From assembly GCA_030753015.1 (NCBI GenBank), contig JASMDC010000042.1, forward strand, positions 1 to 25,331: a stretch of DNA of 25,331 nucleotides, given 5' to 3'. Of the stretch, positions 1 to 8,299 are shown in pieces (position 1 is the stretch's first letter; every line of letters starts with the position of its first letter). This DNA is from Candidatus Undinarchaeales archaeon. GTDB lineage: Archaea; SpSt-1190; JASMDC01. The translations under genes were made by a program, and so were the position numbers. Below the pieces are notes generated by a model. The model ran no database searches. It was not told the DNA's origin and saw only the letters and a program-made list of their open reading frames with translations.

Positions 1-446
1 AGGAAGCCGATCCCGATGTCGTTCACGCACGTCTCCACGTCCTTTGGTGTCAAGGTAATGTTCACGCCCAGGCTTTCGAGGAGGTCGGCGGACCCCGACC
101 TGCTAGACACGCTTCTGTTCCCGTGTTTGGCCACCGACACGCCCGCACCAGCCACGACGAACGCGACTGTGGTGCTGATGTTGAACGTCCCGGAGCCATC
201 GCCGCCAGTCCCGCACGTGTCCACGGCAGTGCCCTGTACCGAGATGCTCTCGGCCTTCTGACGCATCACGGTCGCGCACGCGAAGATCTCGTCAACGGTC
301 TCGCCCTTCAGTCTGAGCGCCGTCAGGAACGCAGCGATCTGCGCAGGTGTCGCGCTTCCTCCCATGATCTCGTTCATGACGTCGAGCGCCTCTTTCTCCG
401 ACAGGTCCTTGCCTTCGATGACCTTCTTGATTGCTTCTTTTATCAT
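1..446 (-). CDS. trpD: Anthranilate phosphoribosyltransferase, N-terminal part (runs off the window edge)
   Basis: Not in the ORF track. Translated by hand from ATG at 446: [50 protein letters not shown]...[17 protein letters not shown]...[20 protein letters not shown], which are the TrpD PRPP-binding motifs. Abuts the trpG stop codon. Confidence 0.96.
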   Translation of the reverse strand, partial: MIKEAIKKVIEGKDLSEKEALDVMNEIMGGSATPAQIAAFLTALRLKGETVDEIFACATVMRQKAESISVQGTAVDTCGTGGDGSGTFNISTTVAFVVAGAGVSVAKHGNRSVSSRSGSADLLESLGVNITLTPKDVETCVNDIGIGF

Positions 447-1016
447 TCATGCTCCCTCCAGGAAGTTTCTGAGGATGTCCTTACCATGTTCTGTAAGTAT
501 CGATTCGGGGTGGAACTGAACGCCGTAGATCGGATACTCGCGGTGCTGGACCGCCATGATCTCGTCGGCCTCCGTCCTGCCGGTGATCTCCAACTGGTCG
601 GGGAAGCCCTCCCGGGCGATCACGAGCGAGTGGTACCGGGTCGCGGTGATGGGGGTCGGGACATCGGCGAAGATGCCCGTGCCGGTGTGATGGATGGGGC
701 TCGTCTTCCCGTGCAGGAGGTTGGCCGCCCTCTCGATAGTGCCCCCGAACACCAGTCCCATGGCCTGATGGCCCAGGCACACGCCGAGTGTCGGTATCGT
801 CCTGCTCATCGTCCGCAGTATATCGAGGGTAACGCCCGAGTCCTTGGGATGTCCGGGCCCCGGGCTGAGCACGATCCTGTCGGGCTTCGCCGCCATGGCC
901 TCCTCCAGGGAGATGTCGTTCCGCTCGACGATGATCTCTGCTCCCATCTCGCCGAGATACTGGGCGATGTTGTAAACGAACGAGTCGTAGTTGTCGATGA
1001 TGAGGATCCTAACCAC
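447..1016 (-). CDS. trpG: Anthranilate synthase component II (glutamine amidotransferase)
   Basis: IDNYDSF, SPGPG, GVCLGHQ, RYHSL and GVQFHPES motifs. Start is probably GTG at 1016, overlapping the end of trpE with GGGGGTGG upstream; the ORF track starts at 1025. Confidence 0.96.
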   Translation of the reverse strand: MVRILIIDNYDSFVYNIAQYLGEMGAEIIVERNDISLEEAMAAKPDRIVLSPGPGHPKDSGVTLDILRTMSRTIPTLGVCLGHQAMGLVFGGTIERAANLLHGKTSPIHHTGTGIFADVPTPITATRYHSLVIAREGFPDQLEITGRTEADEIMAVQHREYPIYGVQFHPESILTEHGKDILRNFLEGA

Positions 1017-2434
1017 TGTGGCCACCCCCCAGTACCGACATCATGGCGCCCATCTTGTTCTCCGTCTCTATGAACTCGTTCTCCGGGACCGAGTCGGCGA
1101 CGATGCCGGCGCCCGCTTGCAGGTACGCTTTGTTGCCTTTGGTGAAGATCGATCTGATCGTGATGGCGAAGTCCATGTTCCCGTTGAAGTCGAAGTACCC
1201 CACCGCGCCCGCATATGGACCTCTCCGGGTCATCTCGAGCTCCTCGATGATCTCCATGGCCCTGATCTTGGGCGCTCCCGATACAGTGCCCGCAGGGAAG
1301 CATGAGCGCAGCGCGTCGAAGCAGTCCCGGTCCTTGCGCAGCTTGCTCGTGACGTTAGAGACGATGTGTTGGACATGCGAGTACTTCTCGCAGCCCATGA
1401 GCTCGTCCACCTTGACCGAACCGTACTCGGAGACGCGGCCCATGTCGTTGCGATGCAGGTCCACGAGCATGATGTGCTCGGCCCGCTCTTTCTCGTCGAG
1501 GAGCATGCTCACCTTCAGCTTCTCATCCTCCTCGGGATCCTTGGACCGGGGACGCGTACCGGCCAGGGGGCGGGTGGTGAGGACGCTGTTCTCGAGCCGC
1601 ACGAGCATCTCGGGGGAGGAACCGAAGACCTTCGATTCGTCGAAGTCGATGTAGAAGAGGTAGGGCGAGGGGTTCACCTGCCTGAGGATCCGGTACATGT
1701 CGAACTCGTTGCCCTTGAACGTCGCTTCCGTCCGCCGCGAGATGACCGTCTGGAAGATGTCGCCCGCCCGGATGTACTCCTTTGCCTGCTCGACCGCGTC
1801 CTCGAACGCAGGGCTCTTCATGTTGGTACGCGGTTTGCCGATGGTGAGCTCTTCATGTTCCTCATCACGATAGCCGTTGATAAGACCCTCGACATCCCGT
1901 TCCATCCTGTGCGAGATGAGATATGCCTTCCGGTGGATGTGGTCGAAGCAGACCACCTGTGACGGGATGATGAAGTGGGCGTCGGGAAGGTTCAGTTCGT
2001 CCTTCCTCAGCTCGGGGAGCCGCTCGAAGAAGCGGACGATGTCGTAGGAGAAGTAACCCACCATTCCGCCCGAGAAAGGGAGGAAGTCGACGGGCTCGGC
2101 ACTGAAGTCGTAGAACTCGCGTCGCAGGTACTCGTACGGATTCTCGCACTTTTCCCGGGTACCGTTGAACCGCACCTCGTGCCCCTTGGACCTGAATGAG
2201 AACACCGGATCGAACCCGATGAAGGAGTATCGCGCGGTCTTCTTGGTGCCCTCCACCGATTCCAGGAGGAAGCTCTCGTCCTTGTACTCCTGCTTGATGG
2301 CGGCATAGGCACCGACGACATCGAATCGGTCGAGACGGAGGTTCCGGACACTTGCCGTCAGAAGGTGGTGCTTGGGCGTGGGACTACCTTTGCGCTTCTT
2401 TCCGCCGACGCCAAAGGTGATCCCTCCTTTTCAT
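1009..2434 (-). CDS. trpE: Anthranilate synthase component I; start is non-canonical (putative +1 frameshift from the leader ATG at 2434, or a CTG start at 2361)
   Basis: SFLLESVEG, NPSPY, GSSPE, PLAGT, EHIMLVDL.RND, FPAGTVSGAPK and QAGAGIVADS motifs. The frame is open from 2430 to 1009, but its first canonical start codon (GTG 2256) lies just after the conserved LLES motif. Product identity is secure; the start is not. Confidence 0.93.
2384..2434 (-). CDS. Putative trp leader peptide MKRRDHLWRRRKEAQR (16 aa, single Trp codon)
   Basis: ATG AAA AGG AGG GAT CAC CTT TGG CGT CGG CGG AAA GAA GCG CAA AGG TAG, beginning about 30 nt downstream of a TATA box and immediately 5' of the trpE body. Confidence 0.65.
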   Translation of the reverse strand: MKRRDHLWRRRKEAQR

Positions 2435-2462
2435 GCGATCGAATAGATAAGACGTCTCCAGC

Positions 2463-2470
2463 TATTTAAA
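2463..2470 (-). promoter_or_regulatory. TATA box of the trp operon (TTTAAATA)
   Basis: Archaeal TATA consensus in an AT-rich intergenic region, about 30 nt upstream of ATG 2434. Confidence 0.6.
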
Positions 2471-2491
2471 GATTGCTATTTATTGTTGATA

Positions 2492-2511
2492 ATTGTACAT
2501 TAATGTACAAT
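2492..2511. promoter_or_regulatory. Paired TRP boxes (TGTACA-TTAA-TGTACA), putative TrpY-type operator
   Basis: Perfect 20-bp palindrome ATTGTACATTAATGTACAAT upstream of trpE. TGTACA is the TRP-box consensus bound by TrpY in Methanothermobacter. Confidence 0.75.
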
Positions 2512-2570
2512 ACATTTGTTGTATACCCCTAGTAAAAGTATAAGAACCGGCCTGGAGCGCATCCTGTCAC

Positions 2571-3959
2571 ATGGACGCCGAGCACCTCGTCCCGCCGGAT
2601 GAACTCTACGATAAAGCGGTCACTTTTTTCGAGGGCGTCCGCAAGTATGATAAGGTCCTGGTGTACGGCGATGGTGATCCTGACGGGATGACCGCTGCGG
2701 TGTGCGTGTCAGAAGTGCTGGACGCACGGCTCGCCAACTACGACGTGCGGTTCACCCGTGGCCAGCTCAACACAAAGGACGTCGAGCAGGTGGCCCAGGG
2801 CAAGTACAACAAGGTCTACTGCACCGATTTCTGGGAGATATACGAGTCGCCTGTCGAGGTCGTGGCCGACATGGTGGAGAAGGTGAAGGAGTTCGTGGTG
2901 TACGATCACCATGACATACGCACCGCGGGTCGCGAGAACCTCGACCGCCTATACGAGGAGCTGGACAGGCGGGGCATCCGTGACCGGTTTACTCTCATCA
3001 ATCCCAATCTCGAGGGTGTCGTGGACGTCCCCAACGGCTCGGCCTGGGAGTACCGTGTAGCCGAGCGATATGTAGCCCGCCATCCGCAGGCCCTGCTCGC
3101 CAAGCATATGTCGCGACTCAAGGAGGTGGCGACGGCAGGAGCGATCCTCGACTACTGCGCACCCCAGTCGGCCGACCTGGTGGCCGAAACGTTGCTCGAG
3201 CATCCCGAGTCGCTCGACTTCGACCGAAAGGGCCTGAGAAAGGCGCTGGACGACTACCAGAACGCCACGCCCGGGGACACTGTCACGTTCACAGCCTTGA
3301 AGGAAGCGCTGCCGCCGCAGAACGAGCTGCTCGGCTCGACATTCGGCATCGCCGGCCGTAACACGTTCGCCAACTGGATCGTCGCCGGATGGCGCGGTGC
3401 CCAAGACGTGTACAAGGCAGCAAAGGCCATGGCCCGCGGCACGGGCTCGTTCAACGACCTTGTCGAGGACACGGGCAGGTTCCCCGAGTTCTTCAAGAAC
3501 GTGAACCGCGTGGAGGGCGAACTGGCGTCCCAGTACGCGGTGTTCGAGGATGACCTCGCGCATCACGAGCGGGGCGAGGACACCACCGCCACCTCGTTCG
3601 ATGACGAGCTTGGACTCGCTGTGTTCCAGTACTCATCGGAGGACCCACTGCGGTTCGCCAGCCACCTTTCCACCAACCTGCGCGACCGGCACCCCGAGTT
3701 CGCATGGTTCGTATACCAGGTCAACGAGGAGAAGGGGTGGGTCGGTGGTAGCCTGCGTCTTGACGCGGAGCACTTCCCCCAGTACGACCTGGCCCGCGCC
3801 GTGGCCGAAGCGTCAAAGGGCATTGACGGGGCACGCGGCGGTGGCCACAGTGCCGCCAGCGGAGCGAGCATGGCCGAGAAGGACCTCCCGCTGTTCATCG
3901 AGCGTATCAAGGAAGAGCTCAGGCAGCAGCGGAAAGGGTCCGACGAAGAACCCGTCTGA
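2571..3959 (+). CDS. DHH-family phosphoesterase (RecJ/NrnA-like) with C-terminal DHHA1 domain
   Basis: DGDPDG (motif I), TDF (II), YDHH (III), GAILD (IV), GSLR and GGGH motifs. TATA-like AAAGTATAAG about 30 nt upstream. Confidence 0.85.
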   Translation: MDAEHLVPPDELYDKAVTFFEGVRKYDKVLVYGDGDPDGMTAAVCVSEVLDARLANYDVRFTRGQLNTKDVEQVAQGKYNKVYCTDFWEIYESPVEVVADMVEKVKEFVVYDHHDIRTAGRENLDRLYEELDRRGIRDRFTLINPNLEGVVDVPNGSAWEYRVAERYVARHPQALLAKHMSRLKEVATAGAILDYCAPQSADLVAETLLEHPESLDFDRKGLRKALDDYQNATPGDTVTFTALKEALPPQNELLGSTFGIAGRNTFANWIVAGWRGAQDVYKAAKAMARGTGSFNDLVEDTGRFPEFFKNVNRVEGELASQYAVFEDDLAHHERGEDTTATSFDDELGLAVFQYSSEDPLRFASHLSTNLRDRHPEFAWFVYQVNEEKGWVGGSLRLDAEHFPQYDLARAVAEASKGIDGARGGGHSAASGASMAEKDLPLFIERIKEELRQQRKGSDEEPV

Positions 3960-4099
3960 TGGTGCCGGTCCGGCACTGACGGATTATCACTCACGAACTG
4001 AGATCCCTGAGAACGGATCTCATTCCCTCTTTCCATGTGTGATGGGACGGGAAAACCGTGTTATTTTTATACTCCGGACGCTGCTCCCTTTCACCACCC

Positions 4100-4885
4100 A
4101 TGCGATATACTGTCACGCTCCTGTTGCTTGTCCTCCTTTGCGGCTGCACCGGCGGTCCGGCGGACGACCTCGCGGCCAACGCCACGGCGGCGGGTGAGGA
4201 CGCACGTGACGGAGTGAACCGGTTCGCGAACGAGACGTTGCCGCTCCGGGTGGCAGAGCATGAGCCACTGGACCTGTCCAGCGTCGAGAGCTTCGGGCAC
4301 TACCAGCAGTTCTGCAACGAGACCAACGTCCTCGTGGACGAGATGAACCGAGAGTTCGACCTCGGCATGCCGCGCATGGAGCCCACGCTTGAGGGCTGGG
4401 AGAAGGCGGCCGTGACCATCCAGGAGTACGGTCCGCTCATCCATACCCACAACGAGCTCATAGACTCGGCCCGTGCCTACAAGAGGGAACCCACGGAGGC
4501 GAACCTGGAACGTTTCTATCGGGTGTCGGGACGCTTCGCCCTGGAGACCACGCTCGTCTCAGGCCTGGTGTTCTCGGTCCCCGGGATCACAATCATCAGG
4601 GTGGGCTATCACGCGACCAAGGTCAATCGGTTCGACTGGGACCGTTCCAGCAGCATCACGCGGATGCTCAGTGAGGCCAGGGACACAACGAAGGAAGTGC
4701 TCGTCGAGACGAGCCAGACACCAGCCGACGAGGTGATCGAGGGCATCCTCGAGATGGCTAAGGAGCAGGACGGGATCGAAGCAAGCTTCGACGACCTGAA
4801 CGAATCTCTCGGCGATTTAAAGGACGAGCTCGTCAGCGGGCTCGACGATGTCCGACGTCAGGCGGCCGAGATCACGGACGGCTGA
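4100..4885 (+). CDS. Putative lipoprotein, hypothetical (acidic, helical)
   Basis: MRYTVTLLLLVLLCGC signal peptide with lipobox-like LCGC. TTTTTATA at about 4064-4071 supports ATG 4100 over the ORF-track start 4058. Confidence 0.75.
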   Translation: MRYTVTLLLLVLLCGCTGGPADDLAANATAAGEDARDGVNRFANETLPLRVAEHEPLDLSSVESFGHYQQFCNETNVLVDEMNREFDLGMPRMEPTLEGWEKAAVTIQEYGPLIHTHNELIDSARAYKREPTEANLERFYRVSGRFALETTLVSGLVFSVPGITIIRVGYHATKVNRFDWDRSSSITRMLSEARDTTKEVLVETSQTPADEVIEGILEMAKEQDGIEASFDDLNESLGDLKDELVSGLDDVRRQAAEITDG

Positions 4886-5273
4886 TCGGCGGGAGGGCCG
4901 TCAGCGGTTCCGACCGTGCATGCCTGCGGGGTTCATGCTCTGGAATAGATTGTTCCGCAGCTCATGCTCCCGCGTCGCAGTATGACGCGATAGAAGGCGC
5001 GTATGAGCGCCCATCTCACGTGTTCCATGCGGAGGAGTCGGCTCAAGGACATATCCGAGATATCGGGGCGGGCATGCGAAGGCCTTTTCATACCTTCGAC
5101 AGGGGGGGGCATACTCTGCATCTAGCAATGAGCTACGACCCCCGGCCATATGAACCTTGCACACGTATTTCCAATACGATATCAACGGTAAAGACGATCC
5201 TACCAAGCAATGGCCCTATGGGATGTCCCCGAGGGAGAGATATTTAAGCGACGTCCGTCGTTCAAAGGACGTC

Positions 5274-5510
5274 ATGGGCCTTGCCGACCGGGACTACATG
5301 AAAGGCGGGTACGACGAAGGTGACCATCCGCCGGCCTGTACCTGCTGGAAATGCAACGAGGTCCGACGTCGCCGTCGCGCGGAAGAGGGGCCGAGGGCGG
5401 ACGATGGTGCGGAGGATATGCTCGAAGGGCTCCCGCCGATTCTTCAGAACAGGATGTTCTGGGCCGCTGTCGCCGTGCTTGCGGGGCTTTTCCTCCTGCG
5501 TGCGCTGTGA
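5274..5510 (+). CDS. Small hypothetical membrane protein with HxxxCxCxxC motif
   Basis: MGLADRDYM start about 26 nt after TATTTAAG (5241-5248), HPPACTCWKC motif, and C-terminal hydrophobic helix FWAAVAVLAGLFLL. Confidence 0.6.
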   Translation: MGLADRDYMKGGYDEGDHPPACTCWKCNEVRRRRRAEEGPRADDGAEDMLEGLPPILQNRMFWAAVAVLAGLFLLRAL

Positions 5511-5626
5511 GCGGTCCAGGTCCGAAATATATATTTTGGATCGGTTCATAAGAAAACCTCTATCTAGAGAGTGACAGAGAGTCTGTACTTGGGAGATAGA
5601 AGAGTGGCAGCCGACTCCTCCGCGTG

Positions 5627-6895
5627 TCAATCGGGACCGCTCGAGTACACGCATCGTCGGAGGAACAGCTCCTCCTTCCCCACCACGCACCGCTCCCGGT
5701 CCACGTCCATCCCGAGCTCGGCGAGGAACCTGCCGTGCGCCCGGCCCAGCTTGCACTCGACACCCGACGGCACCACGTACGCCAGCTCCGGCGCCTTGGA
5801 GAGCACCTTCATGTTCGTGTCCCGCGTCCGTCCCACGGGCATGTAGACCAGACCGTATCGGGCGAACTGGCCGAGGTTGAGCGAGTCGGCGGCCTTGAGC
5901 ACCTTGAGCATACGCTCTCGCTGGAGGGGCTTGATAGAGATGGAGTAGACCACGTCCTCGTGTGAGAGCACGTAGAAGCTCGGCAGCTTGTAGGTGGTCT
6001 GGAGCTCTTTCAGCCGTTTCTCGTGCTTCTCCTGCCGCCTCCTGAAGTGCTTGAGGACGACCACGCTCAGGTCGGTTCCCGGCACCCGACTGCTCACTAG
6101 GGTCCGGAGACGGGTGGGCGGTGACCTGGCTCCCCATCGGTGCAGCCGCCCGAAGATGGTGCGGACCATTGAAAATGGTCGTTCATCTCCCCAGAAGGGG
6201 ATCCTAGGAGCAGGATAGTAAACACGCTGCACGCGTTTAAGTATTTCGTCCACAGGACGGGCGACCTCGTCCCGAGAGAGCACCGTGCACACGTACCCGG
6301 TCTTGGCGTTGATCGTTCCGGGGATGCGGAAGATGCGGCGCGTGTCGATTGTCGTCTTCCCGTCCACGACGATACCCGCGCCCGTGACCTCCTCCACCAT
6401 GGCCCTGTTCGCCTCCTTGTACGCATCCTCCCGCGACTCGGGATCGGCCTCTGCGATGCGCTGGTTGTCGCACACGACATGGAATCCCTTGCTCCCGCTG
6501 AAGGCGATATATCGCACATCCACACCCATGCCATCGAGGAACCCGAGGAGCGAGAGCGTCTCTTTTCGCACGTTCTCTAGCGTCCCGAGCTCCCCGCCCA
6601 CGTCCAGGTCGAACACAAGGTCGTTGTAGAGGAACATGGCGGTCCTGAGCGCCTTGGGCCCCAGCTTCTCGGGGGTGAGAAAGCAGGAGGTCGTGTAGTA
6701 GGCGTCCTGGGGCGTATGCTTGACCAGCTGCCCCTTGAGCTGGTCAGCGTTACGCACGTGCTCCTTGACCTTTTTGAAGCGGCCGTCGACGCGGAACCGG
6801 AAGTGACGGAACCGTACGTTCGGGATGGGGAACGCGGGCGTCAGTCCCCGGTAGTACGACTCAGCCTTCTTATCGGACCCGGACCAGATTACCAT
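5627..6895 (-). CDS. priS: PriS-family archaeo-eukaryotic primase with long basic C-terminal extension
   Basis: DLVFDLD (DxD), FSGSKGFH and DGKTTIDTRRIFRIPGTINAKTG catalytic motifs. ATG at 6895 preferred over the ORF-track start 6964. May be a paralogue rather than the replicative copy. Confidence 0.82.
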   Translation of the reverse strand: MVIWSGSDKKAESYYRGLTPAFPIPNVRFRHFRFRVDGRFKKVKEHVRNADQLKGQLVKHTPQDAYYTTSCFLTPEKLGPKALRTAMFLYNDLVFDLDVGGELGTLENVRKETLSLLGFLDGMGVDVRYIAFSGSKGFHVVCDNQRIAEADPESREDAYKEANRAMVEEVTGAGIVVDGKTTIDTRRIFRIPGTINAKTGYVCTVLSRDEVARPVDEILKRVQRVYYPAPRIPFWGDERPFSMVRTIFGRLHRWGARSPPTRLRTLVSSRVPGTDLSVVVLKHFRRRQEKHEKRLKELQTTYKLPSFYVLSHEDVVYSISIKPLQRERMLKVLKAADSLNLGQFARYGLVYMPVGRTRDTNMKVLSKAPELAYVVPSGVECKLGRAHGRFLAELGMDVDRERCVVGKEELFLRRCVYSSGPD

Positions 6896-7109
6896 ACTTC
6901 TCGGCCGTGATGTAGGTCTCCAGCGCGTTGACGAAGCTGGCGGGCGCGTCCCTGGGGCGGACACCGATGAGCGCGGACCTGATCTCGGCCTTGGTCATGC
7001 CGTCGCGGAACCGGTCACCGTGGTTATCCTTGATCCACGCGACCACCGAGTCGTAGCCGCCGTAGTCGGGCCCGTAGATGAGGTCCCAGATGAAGTCGAA
7101 GAATCCCAT
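6870..7109 (-). CDS. Small hypothetical protein (79 aa) overlapping the primase start
   Basis: Clean ORF with host-like codon usage, TTTAAA TATA about 25 nt upstream (7133-7138), and a 26-nt overlap with the primase gene. Confidence 0.65.
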   Translation of the reverse strand: MGFFDFIWDLIYGPDYGGYDSVVAWIKDNHGDRFRDGMTKAEIRSALIGVRPRDAPASFVNALETYITAEKYGNLVRVR

Positions 7110-7203
7110 CGGCCGTTCTGCACCATGGATGCTTTAAATCCTTGAGGCCGGGCGAGACGGCGAACGTCACACATAAAAAAACGAGGACGTAGAGGGCACA
7201 ACG

Positions 7204-8283
7204 ATGGACATCAACTCGTACGTCGACACGACGATCACTAGGGCACTGGAGATCAATCCGTCGTACAACCTGGTCACGGCGCTCATCGCCTTCCTTGCCA
7301 CGATCATCATCCTCAGGATACTCAAGGGGACGATCTGGAAGAAGCTCGAGTCGCTCATCGCCGCCAAGGAGGAGACCTTCGACGGCGTCCTCTTCTGGCT
7401 CCTTGATTCTCTGGGTTCCGTCTCCTACGCGGTCATCGGCCTGTGCGTGGCCATTCAGTTCCTCGTCCTTCCGGCCTGGGTGACGAACCTTGTCTATGCC
7501 ATCACCATGGTCGTCGTCTCGATCTACATCGTTGTCGGCCTCCAGAGCGCGATCGACACGACCATCCAGCGGATCGCTGAGAGGAAGAAGGAGCAAGGCG
7601 AGAGGATCGACTCGTCCCTGGTCGACCTCACGGGCAAGTTCCAGAAGGTCGTGCTCTGGGGCCTTGCCGCAGTGCTCATCCTCTCCAACCTCGGCTACGA
7701 TGTCACGGCCCTGGTGGCCACCCTGGGTATCGGCGGCATGGCGCTGGCCTTCGGCCTCCAGCGGGTCATCGAGGACATCTTCTCGTCCTTTTCCATCTAC
7801 CTGGACGAGCCCTTCGAGGTGGGCGATTTTATCGAGGTGGGCAGCGACGGCGGCACCGTCAAGCACATCGGTATCAAGTCCACCCGCATCCAGACACTCC
7901 CCGGGACCGAGCTGATCATCCCCAACCGCGACATCACCGGCAAGCGCATCAACAATTACAAGGTGCGGGAGAAGCGACGAGTGGTGTTCGATTTCGGGAT
8001 CCAGTATGAGACGCCTACGGCGAAGGTCAAGCGCGTCCCAGAGATCGTGACAAAGATCATCGAGGAGATGGAGCAGGCCGAGATCAGCCGTGTCCACCTG
8101 AAGGAGTTCGGGGACTATGCCCTGAACTTCGGCGTTGTCTACCTCGTCGAAACAACGGACTTCACGCTCTACATCAACCTCCATCAGGACGTTCTCATAA
8201 GGATCAAGGAAGCGCTGGAGAAGGAAGGTATCCAGTTCGCCTACCCGACGCAGACCCACTTCGTGGTGAACGCTAACAAGTGA
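7204..8283 (+). CDS. mscS: Small-conductance mechanosensitive channel (MscS family)
   Basis: Several TM helices, TALVATLGIGGMALAFGLQ pore helix, PFEVGDFI, GTVKHIGIKSTRI, IPN and GIQFAYPT motifs. Confidence 0.95.
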   Translation: MDINSYVDTTITRALEINPSYNLVTALIAFLATIIILRILKGTIWKKLESLIAAKEETFDGVLFWLLDSLGSVSYAVIGLCVAIQFLVLPAWVTNLVYAITMVVVSIYIVVGLQSAIDTTIQRIAERKKEQGERIDSSLVDLTGKFQKVVLWGLAAVLILSNLGYDVTALVATLGIGGMALAFGLQRVIEDIFSSFSIYLDEPFEVGDFIEVGSDGGTVKHIGIKSTRIQTLPGTELIIPNRDITGKRINNYKVREKRRVVFDFGIQYETPTAKVKRVPEIVTKIIEEMEQAEISRVHLKEFGDYALNFGVVYLVETTDFTLYINLHQDVLIRIKEALEKEGIQFAYPTQTHFVVNANK

Positions 8284-8299
8284 GCACGGTCGAACCGAA

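Noticed and set aside
123-1073. Long antisense ORFs (e.g. 123..1073, 7024..8259, 11144..12151, 22327..23070)
   Set aside because: They mirror well-supported genes on the opposite strand, as is typical with high-GC codon bias, and carry no motifs.
2330-2400. Classical bacterial trp attenuator (terminator hairpin plus poly-U)
   Set aside because: No U-tract follows any stem downstream of the leader, and the leader has only one Trp codon.
4886-5270. Short ORFs and a G8 run (5102-5109) as a possible phase-variable gene
   Set aside because: No ORF here has motifs or a convincing start, and the homopolymer cannot be tied to a gene.
5521-5540. Near-perfect palindrome TCCGAAATATATATTTTGGA between convergent genes
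   Set aside because: Could be a terminator or binding site, but the AT-alternating core is low complexity and there is no independent support.
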